Origin: Armatimonadia bacterium
GTDB lineage: Bacteria > Armatimonadota > Zipacnadia > Zipacnadales > UBA11051
DNA: 56,233 nt
Direction: 5' to 3'
NCBI GenBank assembly: GCA_039683575.1
Contig: JBDKRC010000083.1
Span: forward strand, 1 to 56,233
Below the pieces are notes generated by a model, which saw only the letters and a list, made by a program, of their open reading frames with translations, was not told the DNA's origin and searched no databases. This document shows, piece after piece, positions 19,482 to 29,915 of the stretch. The translations under genes and the position numbers were made by a program. Each line of letters starts with the position of its first letter. Positions within the stretch are counted from its first letter, which is position 1.

Positions 19482-20225
19482 ATGGACCTGAAGGGCAAGG
19501 TCGCAATCATTACCGGCGCCGGGCAGGGCATTGGCCGCGCGATCGCCCGGCGCTTTGCCGCGGATGGCGCGACGGTCGTGGTGGATGACATCAAGTTAGA
19601 GGAGGCCCAAGGCGTGGCCGACGAGATCACGGCCGCCGGTGGCCTGGCCCGGGCAGTCGTCGCCGATGTGACGAAGAGCGACCAGGTTAGGGCGATGGTC
19701 GCCACGGTGCTGGCGGAGTTCGGGCAGATTGACATCCTGGTCAACAACGCCGGCGGCGGCGCCGCGTTGTTGGGCAAGACTACGCCGTTCAGGGACGCCG
19801 CGGAAGAGACCTGGAAGTGGGTCATTGATCTCAATCTCCACGGCACGATGATCTGTACCCAGGCCGTCCTAAGCCACATGATCGAGCGCCGCTATGGCAA
19901 GATCCTCAACTTCGGCTCGATTGCCGGCGTTGGCGGGCTGCTGAACTGGACGGACTACGCCGCGGCGAAGGGGGCGATCATCGCCTTCACGAAGTCGCTG
20001 GCGATGGAGGTTGGCGAGTACGGCATCAACGTCAACTGTCTCTCGCCGGGGGCGATCATGTGCTACGGCCCGCGGGACTGGACGCATGGCACATGGCTGC
20101 GGCGCGGTGGCGAACCGGAGGAGGTGGCCGCGCTGGCGGCCTTTCTGGCCTCGGACGAGGCCGGCTACATCACCGGCGCCAACTACCTAATTGACGGCGG
20201 CCGCACACTCGGCCCCCTGCGCTAG
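19482..20225 (+). CDS. Short-chain dehydrogenase/reductase (FabG-like)
   Basis: TGAGQGIG, NNAG, YAAAK and GYITGANYLIDGG; AGGAGG RBS before ATG 19482. Confidence 0.92.
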   Translation: MDLKGKVAIITGAGQGIGRAIARRFAADGATVVVDDIKLEEAQGVADEITAAGGLARAVVADVTKSDQVRAMVATVLAEFGQIDILVNNAGGGAALLGKTTPFRDAAEETWKWVIDLNLHGTMICTQAVLSHMIERRYGKILNFGSIAGVGGLLNWTDYAAAKGAIIAFTKSLAMEVGEYGINVNCLSPGAIMCYGPRDWTHGTWLRRGGEPEEVAALAAFLASDEAGYITGANYLIDGGRTLGPLR

Positions 20226-20416
20226 GGCCGCCCACCCGGAGACGCCCTGGCAACGGGCGCTGCGCTTCCACCGGATGCTGGACGCCAAGGTTTGAGCCTT
20301 GCGAGCTACCGGGCTGCTCCACCGCGTGTTGGGTCATTAATGCGGCAGAATTTCACCGCGAATGCAAGGCCTTACACGGCTTTTGCTGCACTCCGTGGAC
20401 CCCATAGCCCCCACAA

Positions 20417-21457
20417 TCAAGCTTCATTACTGTATTCACTCCCCGCTTCCGGCCTCGCGCGCTCGCGGAAGAGCCAGTGCACCCCGGCGCTGTAGGCAAT
20501 CACCACTGGCAGGCCGAGAATGGCTGTGATCAGCATTGCGGTCAAGGCGAGATGGGAGGCTGAGGCGTTGTATGCGGTGAGGCTGAGCGTCGGATCCTGG
20601 GCTGGAAGCAGGGTTGGGTACAGGGCTACGGCCGAACTGCCGAAGAGGAGCAGGATGCTTACCGAAGAGGCGGCGAAGGCGACTGCATCGCGCTCGCCCA
20701 GGTGCGCAGCGCCGGCAACCGCTACCGCGAGGAGTGCGAGCATCGGGACTGCCCACAGGGCAGGCATACCTACGTAATTCGCGACGAGCCTCGGCGAGTT
20801 ACAGGCCAGAACGGCAAAGGCCGCTATCAACAGCGGGAAGGTGATGATCCACGTGTCGCGACCCCAGCGTCTGGCCCGGCGGCGCACCTCGCCTGTGGTC
20901 TTCAGCCTGATCCAGATCGCCCCGTGCAGAGTCACTGCCAGGAACAACAGGATGGTCACCAGCAGTGCCATTGGACTGAAGACAGCGCCAAACGCGAAAC
21001 GCAGCTCGCCGTCTGCGTCGAGCGGCAGCCCCGCTAGCACGTTACCCAGGAGCAGGCCCAGCGAGACTACTGCGGCCGTGCTGCTGACGCCGAAGATGAC
21101 ATCCCACACCTGGCGTGGGCGGGGCCGATGCTCCTTCTGAGCGTACTCCACCGACACCGTGCGTAGAATCAGCGCTAGCAGCAGGATGATCAGCAGGGGG
21201 TATAGGCCGCTTAGCAGCGCCGCGTATAGTGGCGGGAACGCGGCAAAGGTGGCCCCGCCGGCGGTGACCAGCCAGACTTGATTGCCATCCCAAAACGGGG
21301 CGATGGCAGTGAGCAGCTGGGTGCGTTCCTGACCACGGCGGGCCAAGAGATACCAGATGCCTGTGCCGAGGTCATAGCCATCGAGCACCACGAACATCGC
21401 CAGCAGGAAGAGCAGCAAAACGTACCAGACTATCTGCAGGGCGGCGAGCGTGATCAT
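20417..21457 (-). CDS. cydB: Cytochrome bd quinol oxidase subunit II
   Basis: VLDGYDLG, PFWDGNQVWLV and LTAYNAS; ATGA overlap with cydA. Confidence 0.93.
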   Translation of the reverse strand: MITLAALQIVWYVLLLFLLAMFVVLDGYDLGTGIWYLLARRGQERTQLLTAIAPFWDGNQVWLVTAGGATFAAFPPLYAALLSGLYPLLIILLLALILRTVSVEYAQKEHRPRPRQVWDVIFGVSSTAAVVSLGLLLGNVLAGLPLDADGELRFAFGAVFSPMALLVTILLFLAVTLHGAIWIRLKTTGEVRRRARRWGRDTWIITFPLLIAAFAVLACNSPRLVANYVGMPALWAVPMLALLAVAVAGAAHLGERDAVAFAASSVSILLLFGSSAVALYPTLLPAQDPTLSLTAYNASASHLALTAMLITAILGLPVVIAYSAGVHWLFRERARPEAGSEYSNEA

Positions 21458-22779
21458 GAGACATCCGCTTCTTCCAGAACTGGCGCGTCGTGTACTGCCC
21501 GGCGGATGAATACCAGCCACACGATGAACAGCAACAGGTACACCAGGCTAAGCACGATCATCGACACCCAGATATGCCCTGCCGGTACCACCTTCGACAC
21601 GCCCTCGCTGGTGCGGTAGAGGTTGTAGACGAGCCAAGGTTGCCGCCCCACCTCGGCGGCCATCCAACCCAGTTCATTCGCCAGGAAGGGCAGAGGGGTC
21701 GTGATTAACGCCAGCCAGAGGTACCACCGGTGCTTTGCCAGCCGGCGGCGCCAGAGCAGGTAGACGCCAAGGCCGCTGAAGGCGATGAAGTAGAAGCCCA
21801 GCGCGATCATCATGTGGAACGGAAAGAACATGAGCGGGACCGGTGGCCAGTTTTCACGTGGGAAGCTGTGGAGACCCTTCACGAGGTGATCGCGCCGCAG
21901 GCCCAGCAGGAGACTCAGGCCAGAGGGAATGCGAATGTCGTAGATCAGCCGGTCGTGCGCCATGTCTGGGATGCCGAAAATCAGCGCTGGAGCGTGGGTC
22001 TGGTCATCAAAGATGCCCTCGAAGGCAGCCATTTTGACGGGCTGCGTGGCGCCCACCTGGATCGCGTGGTAGTGGCCGAAGGCGAGTTGACCGAGCGACG
22101 TCAGCAGGCCGAGGATCAGTGCGAGACCAGCCGAGTACTGCGCCAGTTTCGAGCTTTTGCCCTTCAGCATCAGCCAGGCACTGACCCCGAGCATGAAGAG
22201 GCAGCCGGTCAGGATAGCGCCCGTGGTCGTGTGCAGAAAGCGCGGGATCATCGAGGGGCTGAAGAGGGCGAGCAGATAGTTGTCCAATTCGGCGCGGCCA
22301 TTGCGGAGGGCGTATCCTGCCGGCGTCTGCATCCAGGAGTTGGCAGCGAGGATCCAAAAGGCGGACAGAACCGCGCCGCCAGCCACGCCGATGGACACCA
22401 GCAGGTAGAAGAACGGCTTCATGCGATCATAGCCAAACAGGAGCACGTAGAGCAGGGTAGATTCCAGAAAGAAAGCGAAAATCCCCTCACTTGCGAGGAA
22501 AGGGCCGAAGACGTCGCCGACAAAGCGCGAGTAGCTGGCCCAGTTGGTTCCAAACTGGAACTCCATCGTGAGCCCGGTGGCCGCTCCGACGGCGAAGGTA
22601 AGGGCGGTGAGTCCGGTCCAGAAACGAGCCATCCGCTGATAGGAGGCGTCGCCTGTGCGCCAGTAGACGAACAGCAACCACACTACGAGCACCGCCAGCC
22701 CGATGCTAAGCGGCGCGGAAATGAAATGGAAGCCAATCGTCAGCGCAAACTGTAGTCTCGCCAGCAGTACGGTATCCAT
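21454..22779 (-). CDS. cydA: Cytochrome bd quinol oxidase subunit I (short Q-loop type)
   Basis: ARLQFA..GFH, EFQFGTNW, EGIFAFFLES, NSWMQTP, RFLH, QPVKMAAFEG and GWMAAEVGRQPW. Confidence 0.95.
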   Translation of the reverse strand: MDTVLLARLQFALTIGFHFISAPLSIGLAVLVVWLLFVYWRTGDASYQRMARFWTGLTALTFAVGAATGLTMEFQFGTNWASYSRFVGDVFGPFLASEGIFAFFLESTLLYVLLFGYDRMKPFFYLLVSIGVAGGAVLSAFWILAANSWMQTPAGYALRNGRAELDNYLLALFSPSMIPRFLHTTTGAILTGCLFMLGVSAWLMLKGKSSKLAQYSAGLALILGLLTSLGQLAFGHYHAIQVGATQPVKMAAFEGIFDDQTHAPALIFGIPDMAHDRLIYDIRIPSGLSLLLGLRRDHLVKGLHSFPRENWPPVPLMFFPFHMMIALGFYFIAFSGLGVYLLWRRRLAKHRWYLWLALITTPLPFLANELGWMAAEVGRQPWLVYNLYRTSEGVSKVVPAGHIWVSMIVLSLVYLLLFIVWLVFIRRAVHDAPVLEEADVS

Positions 22780-22796
22780 GACAGGTCAGCATGTCG

Positions 22797-24245
22797 TCAG
22801 CGGAAGCTGGTCGCAACCTCCCCGATTATAGCCAACAGTGGCGACGGGTACACGCCCAGCCACAGGATGATCAGGGCGAGTGCCACCAGTGCCACAGCAG
22901 TTGCTGCCGCAGCCAGGGCTGGAGTGCTGTGCCCTGGCACTGTTGACGCTTCTGCTCCCTCATCAGTGCGCGCATAGAGTATCGACGCCGCTCGCAGGTA
23001 GTAATACAGGCTGACGGTGCTGTTGACGATCAGCACACCTACCAAGGCCCACAGATGCGCGCCAACCCCCGCGGTCACCAGTACAAACTTACCGAGAAAC
23101 CCTGCCGTCAGCGGCAGGCCTGCCAGCGACAGCAGCGCCATCGTCAGCAGCCCCGCCAGCCATGGCCTCCGCCAGGCCAGACCCTGGTATTCCACCAGCA
23201 GTGCAGGCTCCTCGCGCTCATTCGACAGAGCGGTGATGACACCGAAAGCGGCCAGGGTGGCTGCGAAATAGGTGACGAGGTAGAAGCTCGCCACCGAGGC
23301 TCCGACACGGCCAGTCAGTAGCACCGCGATCAGCAGGTAGCCCATTTGAGCGATCGAGGAGTACGCCAGCAGGCGCTTGAGGTCGGGCTGCTTGAGCGCG
23401 AGCAGGTTTCCGACAGTCATTGAAAGTATGGCGCCCCAGGCGACCACCTGCCCCAGTGAGTGGTCCGCGCTGAGGTCAAGTACGGCCGTATACCGCAGCA
23501 GCAGGGCCAGAATTGCGCCTTTGGAGACCGTGGCGATGAACGCACTGACTGGTGCAGGCGCGCCTTCGTAGACGTCCGGCGTCCACAGATGGAAGGGGAC
23601 GACTGCTAATTTGAAGCCGATGCCGACGAAGATCAGCAGGAGACCACCGAGCAAGACCGGTGTCAGGGGCTGCGACAGCGGGGCCGCCAGATCGGCCAAA
23701 GCCATGGTCCCCAGTTGGCTGTAGATGAGCGCCATTCCGAACAACAGGAATGAGGAGGTCAGACCGGCCAGGACGAGATACTTGATGGCAGCCTCGACAC
23801 CTGGCGCGGGCGCAGCCCGGAAGGCGATCAGCGCGTAGAGCGAGATGCTGAGCATTTCGAGGCCCAGGAAGAAGGAAGCGAAGTGAGTGCTGGCGACGAG
23901 TGTCATACCGCCAAGTGTCGCCAACAGCAGCAGCAGATAGTACTCCTCGCGCTGCGTCTCATGGTGCTGCAGGTAGCCATAGCCAAGGAGTGTTAGTGCC
24001 AGGGCGACGAGCAGGAACAGACCGTGGTAGAACAGAGCGTAGTGATCCAGTATGAGCAGCGGTGCGAACGGGCGATCCGGCAGGCGCCAGGCCACAAGCA
24101 CCAGCAGCAGGGCGCTCAGGAGCCCAATCAGCGTGACATAGACCGTCATGCGGTGGCTGCGACAGGCGCCGATGACCAGCATAACGGCTACGGCGGTGGT
24201 GGCGGTCACGATCATCGGCGCGGCCATGTTGCCCAGAGGGTTCAC
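22797..24245 (-). CDS. nuoN: NADH-quinone oxidoreductase subunit N
   Basis: EAAIKY, GFKLAVVPFHLWTPDVYEGAP and KRLLAYSSIAQMGY; GTGA overlap with nuoM. Confidence 0.93.
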   Translation of the reverse strand: MNPLGNMAAPMIVTATTAVAVMLVIGACRSHRMTVYVTLIGLLSALLLVLVAWRLPDRPFAPLLILDHYALFYHGLFLLVALALTLLGYGYLQHHETQREEYYLLLLLATLGGMTLVASTHFASFFLGLEMLSISLYALIAFRAAPAPGVEAAIKYLVLAGLTSSFLLFGMALIYSQLGTMALADLAAPLSQPLTPVLLGGLLLIFVGIGFKLAVVPFHLWTPDVYEGAPAPVSAFIATVSKGAILALLLRYTAVLDLSADHSLGQVVAWGAILSMTVGNLLALKQPDLKRLLAYSSIAQMGYLLIAVLLTGRVGASVASFYLVTYFAATLAAFGVITALSNEREEPALLVEYQGLAWRRPWLAGLLTMALLSLAGLPLTAGFLGKFVLVTAGVGAHLWALVGVLIVNSTVSLYYYLRAASILYARTDEGAEASTVPGHSTPALAAAATAVALVALALIILWLGVYPSPLLAIIGEVATSFR

Positions 24246-25711
24246 GGCGCACCTCCCGGACCCAGCAGGGCGTCGAGAGCCTGCGCGGAGATGTTCAGGA
24301 AAGCCTGCGGAGCGAGCCCGAGACATAGGATGGCAAGGGCGAGAGCGGCCACAATTGCGAGTTCGGACGCGCGCAGATCGGGAATTGCCAACGGGTCGCG
24401 CGAGGGACCATACAGGACCCGGTCCAGCAGCCAGAGAGAGTAAACCAGAGCCAGTATCAAACCGGCAGCAGCGACTACGGCAAAGGATACGCTGAGGTGA
24501 TAGGTCCCGAGCAGCGTCAGGAACTCGCCGATGAAGTTACCCATCCCGGGCAGGCCGAGCGCCGCCATGGAGAAGAACATCATCGCCGCGCCCAGTCGCG
24601 GCACCACCCGCCACAGGCCGCCCATCGCCGCCATGTCGCGCGTGCCGAGGTGGTGCTGCAGGATGCCTGCCAGCACAAACAACGCGCCAGTGCTGACCCC
24701 GTGGCTGAGCATCTGGATAACCGCGCCCTGCAGGGCCAGCGCGTTCCAGGTGAAGACCCCGAGCAGGACAAAGCCGAGATGGCTGACGCTGGTGTACGCG
24801 ATGAGACGCTTCATGTCGGTCTGGGCGAACGCCATGTGCGCCCCGTAGAGAATGCCGATCACCGCCAGCACCAGTGCCGGCACGCTGAAAGCGCGTGCCG
24901 CCTCCGGAAAGAGCGGGACGACGAAGCGGATGAGCCCATAGCCGCCGGTCTTCAGCAACAGTCCCGCCAGCACGACGCTGCCGGCCGTTGGGGCTTGAGT
25001 ATGAGCATCGGGCAACCAGGTATGCAGCGGGACGACCGGGAGTTTGACGGCAAAGGCAACGAGGAAGCCCAGCATCATCAACATCCCGGAGAGCGGGGCC
25101 AGCGGCGTGCTGAGCAGTTGCTGATACTCGAAAGTTGCCACTCCCGTTTGTTGCAGGTGCGTGAAGAAGAGTGCGACGATCGCCACGAGCATCAGCAGGC
25201 CGCTGAGCTGCGTGAACAGGAAGAATTTGATAGCGGCGTAGTGGCGGCGCTCATGCCCCCACAGGTCGATCAGGAAGTACATCGGGATCAGCATCAGCTC
25301 CCAGAAGAAGTAGAACAGGAAGAGGTCCATCGCCAGAAAGACGCCCGTCACCCCGGCGAGGACCCACAGCAGGTTGAGGTGAAACAGGCCGACCCGCTCG
25401 TCGATCTGGCTCCACGAGATTCCGACGGAGACGATCCCGAGCAGGCCGGTCAGCAGGATCAGCAGCAGACTGAGGCCGTCGATGGTGAGGCTGAAGCTGA
25501 TGCCAAGCTGCGGGATCCACCGGGCCTGGAGGGCCTGCAGCCACGGGTCGGCAGCGGACGTGCTGGAGGGCCAGAGGGTGATCGCGAGGGACAGTTGCGC
25601 GGTCATCGCCACCAGCGCCAGCACCCGCGCCGCTAGCGCGCTGAAGCGGCTGAGCGCGAAGCTCAGGATGCCGCCGACCAGCGGGATTGCGATCAGCCAT
25701 ACGAGTGTCAT
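24242..25711 (-). CDS. nuoM: NADH-quinone oxidoreductase subunit M
   Basis: FFWELMLIP, VKLPVVPLHTWLPDAH, LLKTGGYG and KRLIAYTSVSHLG. Confidence 0.95.
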   Translation of the reverse strand: MTLVWLIAIPLVGGILSFALSRFSALAARVLALVAMTAQLSLAITLWPSSTSAADPWLQALQARWIPQLGISFSLTIDGLSLLLILLTGLLGIVSVGISWSQIDERVGLFHLNLLWVLAGVTGVFLAMDLFLFYFFWELMLIPMYFLIDLWGHERRHYAAIKFFLFTQLSGLLMLVAIVALFFTHLQQTGVATFEYQQLLSTPLAPLSGMLMMLGFLVAFAVKLPVVPLHTWLPDAHTQAPTAGSVVLAGLLLKTGGYGLIRFVVPLFPEAARAFSVPALVLAVIGILYGAHMAFAQTDMKRLIAYTSVSHLGFVLLGVFTWNALALQGAVIQMLSHGVSTGALFVLAGILQHHLGTRDMAAMGGLWRVVPRLGAAMMFFSMAALGLPGMGNFIGEFLTLLGTYHLSVSFAVVAAAGLILALVYSLWLLDRVLYGPSRDPLAIPDLRASELAIVAALALAILCLGLAPQAFLNISAQALDALLGPGGAP

Positions 25712-27582
25712 CGCAGCACCACGACCGCCAGCAGCACCAGCGTCCCGACAGCAGCCGCGAGGGCATAGGAACGCACGCGGCCCGTCTGGCTGAGGGAGAG
25801 CAGGCGGTGAAGAGCAATAGTGACCGCCGCCAAACCCGTGTAGAAGGCGTCAACGAAGTCGGCACGGTTCAGACGCGCGAGATAGACCCACGGGCGGACG
25901 AAGAGCCGGCTATAGAGCCAGTCGAAGCCCCAGCCGACGAACCAGAAGCGATGCAGAACCCGAATTGCCGGTGCGGTTCCGAGGTTCTCTGCCCAGCGCG
26001 GCTGCCTAAGATACAGCAGCGCGGCGATGGCGAGCCCCGCGAGCGTCGCTATGATCGGCAGCACCTGCAATGAGGCGGCGGCACCACCCTCGCCGGGCGC
26101 GGCGCTGGCTGTCGAGAGGAAGCTGCCGCGCAGCAGGGCGGTGAAGGCGCCGGTACCTCCGTGCGGGAGGTTGAGGTACCCGGCGACGACTGCGAGCGTG
26201 GCGAGCACCACGAGGGGCACGGCCGTCACCAGGCCCTGGCGCCGCCGTGGCTCCAGTCTGCGCTCGCCGAAGAACACCAGAAACACCATGCGGAAGGCAT
26301 AGACGGAGGTCAGCAGAGCCCCGATCAGGCCGGCCAGCCAAAAGCCCACGTTGCTCCCATACGCGGCGTTAAGAATGGCGTCCTTGCTGAAAAAGCCGGC
26401 CGTCACCCACGGAATCGCGGACAGCGACGCTGCCCCAATCAGGAAGGTCCAGAAGGCCAAGGGGAAATCGCGCCGCAAGCCGCCCATCTTGAGGATGTTG
26501 TGCTCTTCCTCAAGGCCCTGGATGACCACGCCGCCGCTGAGGAAAAGCAGCGACTTGAAGAAGGCGTGGGTGAAGAGATGGAATATTGCAGCCGACCAGG
26601 CGCCGACGCCGAGCGCGAGAAGCATGTAGCCGACCTGGCTCATGGTTGAGTAAGCCAGCACGCGCTTGAGATCCCATTGCGTCAGCGCGCTGCACGCCGC
26701 CAGCAGCAACGTCGCGGCACCCACGAGCGCCACCAGCCACTGCACGATTGGAGCCAGTTCGAAAACCACGTGCATCCGCGCGATCAGGTATACACCGGCA
26801 GTGACCATCGTTGCGGCATGAATGAGGGCGCTGACTGGCGTGGGGCCAGCCATGGCGTCCGGCAACCACGTCTGCAGCGGAAGCTGCGCCGATTTGCCGA
26901 CCGCGCCGCCAAGCAGTAAGGCTGCCGCGGCGACTGCCAGCGAACTCCCAACCGGCCATTGCAGGCTCGCCCGCTGCATCAGCTCCTGAATCTGCAGCGT
27001 GCCAAGTTGGGTGAAGATCAGCAGCAGACCGATGAGCAGCGCCGTATCGCCGACGCGCGTGATGAGGAAGGCTTTGAAGGCAGCAGTCACATTCCTGCGC
27101 TCGCGATACCAAAAGCCAATGAGTAGGTAGCTGCACAGGCCCACGCCCTCCCAGCCGAGGTAGAGCAACAACAGGTTGTCGGCGAGGACCAGCGTCAGCA
27201 TGGAGCCGACAAACAGATTCATGAAGCAGAAGAAGCGCGCGTAGCCGTCATCTTCGGCCATGAACTGGGCCGAGTAGAGCAGAATCAGGGCTCCCACGAA
27301 CGTGACGACGGCACACATGACCAGTGAGAGCGGGTCAAGGTAGAAGGCGATGGACGGCTGCAGTTCGCCAAGGCTCAGCCACCTGTATAGCACCTGCGTC
27401 TGCCCCTGTAGGGAGCCGCTCAGAAAGTGGCTACCGGCCCACGCCGTCAGCACGAACGAAGCAGCGGTGGCGCCGACGCCGATGATCGCCACGACCACAC
27501 GAGGCAGGCGCGAGCCCGCCAGCCCCAGCAGGAGGCTGGCCGCCAGAGGCAGGAGTGGGATGAGGTACAGCGGGCTCGCCAT
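25708..27582 (-). CDS. nuoL: NADH-quinone oxidoreductase subunit L
   Basis: GWEGVGLCSYLLIGFW, GKSAQLPLQTWLPDAMAGPTPVSALIHAATMV and HAFFK. Confidence 0.95.
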   Translation of the reverse strand: MASPLYLIPLLPLAASLLLGLAGSRLPRVVVAIIGVGATAASFVLTAWAGSHFLSGSLQGQTQVLYRWLSLGELQPSIAFYLDPLSLVMCAVVTFVGALILLYSAQFMAEDDGYARFFCFMNLFVGSMLTLVLADNLLLLYLGWEGVGLCSYLLIGFWYRERRNVTAAFKAFLITRVGDTALLIGLLLIFTQLGTLQIQELMQRASLQWPVGSSLAVAAAALLLGGAVGKSAQLPLQTWLPDAMAGPTPVSALIHAATMVTAGVYLIARMHVVFELAPIVQWLVALVGAATLLLAACSALTQWDLKRVLAYSTMSQVGYMLLALGVGAWSAAIFHLFTHAFFKSLLFLSGGVVIQGLEEEHNILKMGGLRRDFPLAFWTFLIGAASLSAIPWVTAGFFSKDAILNAAYGSNVGFWLAGLIGALLTSVYAFRMVFLVFFGERRLEPRRRQGLVTAVPLVVLATLAVVAGYLNLPHGGTGAFTALLRGSFLSTASAAPGEGGAAASLQVLPIIATLAGLAIAALLYLRQPRWAENLGTAPAIRVLHRFWFVGWGFDWLYSRLFVRPWVYLARLNRADFVDAFYTGLAAVTIALHRLLSLSQTGRVRSYALAAAVGTLVLLAVVVLR

Positions 27583-27583
27583 G

Positions 27584-27895
27584 CTAACCACGCATCCTGC
27601 TGATCAGGTCGGTGTCGAGGGTGCCGAAATGATGCCGCGCCGCCAGCGCCAGCGCCAGCCCTAAAGCAACCTCCGAGCCGGTGACTGCTAAGATGAACAG
27701 GAACATGATCTGCCCGTCCGCCTGCTGCCAGCGCTGCCCGGCCACCACGAAGGCCAGCCCGGCGGCGTTGAACATGATCTCCAGCGACATCAGCACGAAG
27801 ATGAGATTGCGCCGCATCAGGACGCCGATCAGCCCCAGCAGGAACAACACCGTGGCGAGCATCAGCCCAAACTGAAGGGAGGCCGTCCCTGTCAT
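27584..27895 (-). CDS. nuoK: NADH-quinone oxidoreductase subunit K
   Basis: RRNLIFVLMSLEIMFN and SEVALGLAL. Confidence 0.93.
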   Translation of the reverse strand: MTGTASLQFGLMLATVLFLLGLIGVLMRRNLIFVLMSLEIMFNAAGLAFVVAGQRWQQADGQIMFLFILAVTGSEVALGLALALAARHHFGTLDTDLISRMRG

Positions 27896-28407
27896 CTGCC
27901 GCGCTCCTCGGGAACTGCCCGGTACCGCCGTCCGATGTGATAGGCCCCGACGAGACCGCTGAGCAACACAAATGAGGCGAGTTCGACGGCAAGGCCGTAG
28001 ACGCTGAACAACCGAATGCCGACTTGGCGCGGCCCGATCATTGCCACGCCAAAGTTGGCCGTCGCCGGCACCAGAATCAGATAGGCAAGCTCCAGCAGCA
28101 GCAAGAGCGCCAGCAGGCCCGGCAGCACCCAGATCGGGCCCTGGAAGATCAGGCGCTCGTGATCCACAATCTCCGAACCGAGGTTGAACATCATCACCAC
28201 GAAGACGAACAGGACCATAATCGCCCCGGCGTAGATAATGACTTCCAGCGCCGCCACGAACGGCGCGCCGAGCAGGAAGAACACGACCGCCACCGCCAGG
28301 AGCGACACGACCAGGTAGAGCAGCGCATGAACCGCGTTGAGCCGCGTGATCACCAGGATGGTGGACACGACGGCAATGGCGGCGGACAGGTGTAGCAGGA
28401 TGGTCAT
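27892..28407 (-). CDS. nuoJ: NADH-quinone oxidoreductase subunit J
   Basis: NAVHALLYL and LEVIIYAGAIMVLFVFVVMM. Confidence 0.93.
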   Translation of the reverse strand: MTILLHLSAAIAVVSTILVITRLNAVHALLYLVVSLLAVAVVFFLLGAPFVAALEVIIYAGAIMVLFVFVVMMFNLGSEIVDHERLIFQGPIWVLPGLLALLLLLELAYLILVPATANFGVAMIGPRQVGIRLFSVYGLAVELASFVLLSGLVGAYHIGRRYRAVPEERGR

Positions 28408-28429
28408 GATCGTCTACGGCAGCGGACTG

Positions 28430-28945
28430 CTACGGCAGAAGGCTCCGGACGTCCACCGGCGGCCGCTCCTCCACCCCCTCGCCCTTTGCCTTGCCGTCGA
28501 TCGCGACACCCGAGATCTTGTAGAAGTCGTACTCGTGGTACTTTCCCGGGCCGCTGATCAGCAGGTCCTCCTTCTCGTACACGAGGCTGTCGCGCTGGTA
28601 CTCCGCCATCTCATAGTCAGGCGTAAGTTGGATCGCATATGTGGGGCAGGCATCCTCGCAGAAGCCGCAAAATATGCAGCGCGAGAAGTTGATCCGGAAG
28701 AACTCAGGATAGCGGCGGCCATCCGGCTTCTCCGCCGCCTGCAGGGCGATGCAATCCACCGGGCAGGCCACGGCGCAGAGGTAGCAGGCGACGCAGCGCT
28801 CGTCACCGGAGGGATCGCGCGTAAGGACGATCCGCCCACGCCAGCGCGCCGCCAGGTAGCGTCTCTGCTCCGGGTACTGGATGGTCTCGCGCCGCAAGAA
28901 CGCGTGCTTGAACACCTCCCAGATAGTCAGCAGGAGGCTAAGCAT
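28430..28945 (-). CDS. nuoI: NADH-quinone oxidoreductase subunit I
   Basis: Two ferredoxin motifs, [12 protein letters not shown] and [12 protein letters not shown]. Confidence 0.95.
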   Translation of the reverse strand: MLSLLLTIWEVFKHAFLRRETIQYPEQRRYLAARWRGRIVLTRDPSGDERCVACYLCAVACPVDCIALQAAEKPDGRRYPEFFRINFSRCIFCGFCEDACPTYAIQLTPDYEMAEYQRDSLVYEKEDLLISGPGKYHEYDFYKISGVAIDGKAKGEGVEERPPVDVRSLLP

Positions 28946-29915
28946 TGAAGTAGCCATCCCATAGCAGCACCGCCAGGCCGGTAAGCAGCAGGTTGACCAG
29001 TGACAGCGGCAGCAGGAGCTTCCAGCCGAAGGCCATCAACTGATCGAAGCGCGGGCGTGGAAAGGCGGCGCGCCCGAACAGGAAGATCGCGACGAAGATC
29101 ACCATCTTACCGAGGAACCACAGCACCGGCGGGATGTGCGGGATCAGAAGAGACTGCCAGCCGCCCAGGAAGAGAATCACGATTAGCGCCGAGATCAGCG
29201 TGATGCCGAAGTACTCGCCGAGAAAGAACAGGGCGAACTTGATCCCTGAGTATTCAGTGTGGTAGCCGGCGACGATCTCATTCTCCGCTTCTGGCAGATC
29301 GAAAGGCAGGCGCCGCGTCTCTGCGAAACCCGCGATCAGGAAGACCGCAAAGCCGATGAACTGCGGGATGATGAACCACAGACGCCGCTGGGCCTGGATG
29401 ATATCCGTGAGGTTGAACGACTGCGCCATCAGCACGACGCCCATCAGCGACAGGCCCATGAAGACCTCATAGCTGATCATCTGGCCAGCGCCGCGCAGAG
29501 CGCCCTGGAGGGGATATTTGCTGTTGGAGGCCCAGCCGCCGAGAACGATACTGTAGACCGTGAGTGATGACATTCCGAGGAAGAAGAGCAGGCCGATGTT
29601 GAGATTCGCGACTTCGATGCCGGGCGCGAAGCTGATGATGGCGAAGGACATCAGGGTGAAGATGATGATGAGCGCGGGCGCGATCACGAACAACGCGCGA
29701 TCGGCGAAAGGCGGGGTCCAGTCCTCCTTGAAGAGCAACTTGATCATATCCGCCACGACCTGAAACATCCCCAAGGGTCCGACGCGGTTGGGGCCATAGC
29801 GATCCTGGAACAGCGACAGGAACCGGCGCTCAATCCAGGTAAGCCCGGGGGCGAAGACCATCACGAAGATGATGACGCCGAGGATGATGAGCAGGTACTT
29901 GAGGATCTCGTTCAC
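28938..29915 (-). CDS. nuoH: NADH-quinone oxidoreductase subunit H
   Basis: [20 protein letters not shown] and [27 protein letters not shown] overlap with the stop of the fusion gene. Confidence 0.95.
   Translation of the reverse strand: MNEILKYLLIILGVIIFVMVFAPGLTWIERRFLSLFQDRYGPNRVGPLGMFQVVADMIKLLFKEDWTPPFADRALFVIAPALIIIFTLMSFAIISFAPGIEVANLNIGLLFFLGMSSLTVYSIVLGGWASNSKYPLQGALRGAGQMISYEVFMGLSLMGVVLMAQSFNLTDIIQAQRRLWFIIPQFIGFAVFLIAGFAETRRLPFDLPEAENEIVAGYHTEYSGIKFALFFLGEYFGITLISALIVILFLGGWQSLLIPHIPPVLWFLGKMVIFVAIFLFGRAAFPRPRFDQLMAFGWKLLLPLSLVNLLLTGLAVLLWDGYFNA

Noticed and set aside
22797-27582. Complex I with an extra antiporter subunit (2M type)
   Set aside because: There is only one each of nuoL, nuoM and nuoN.
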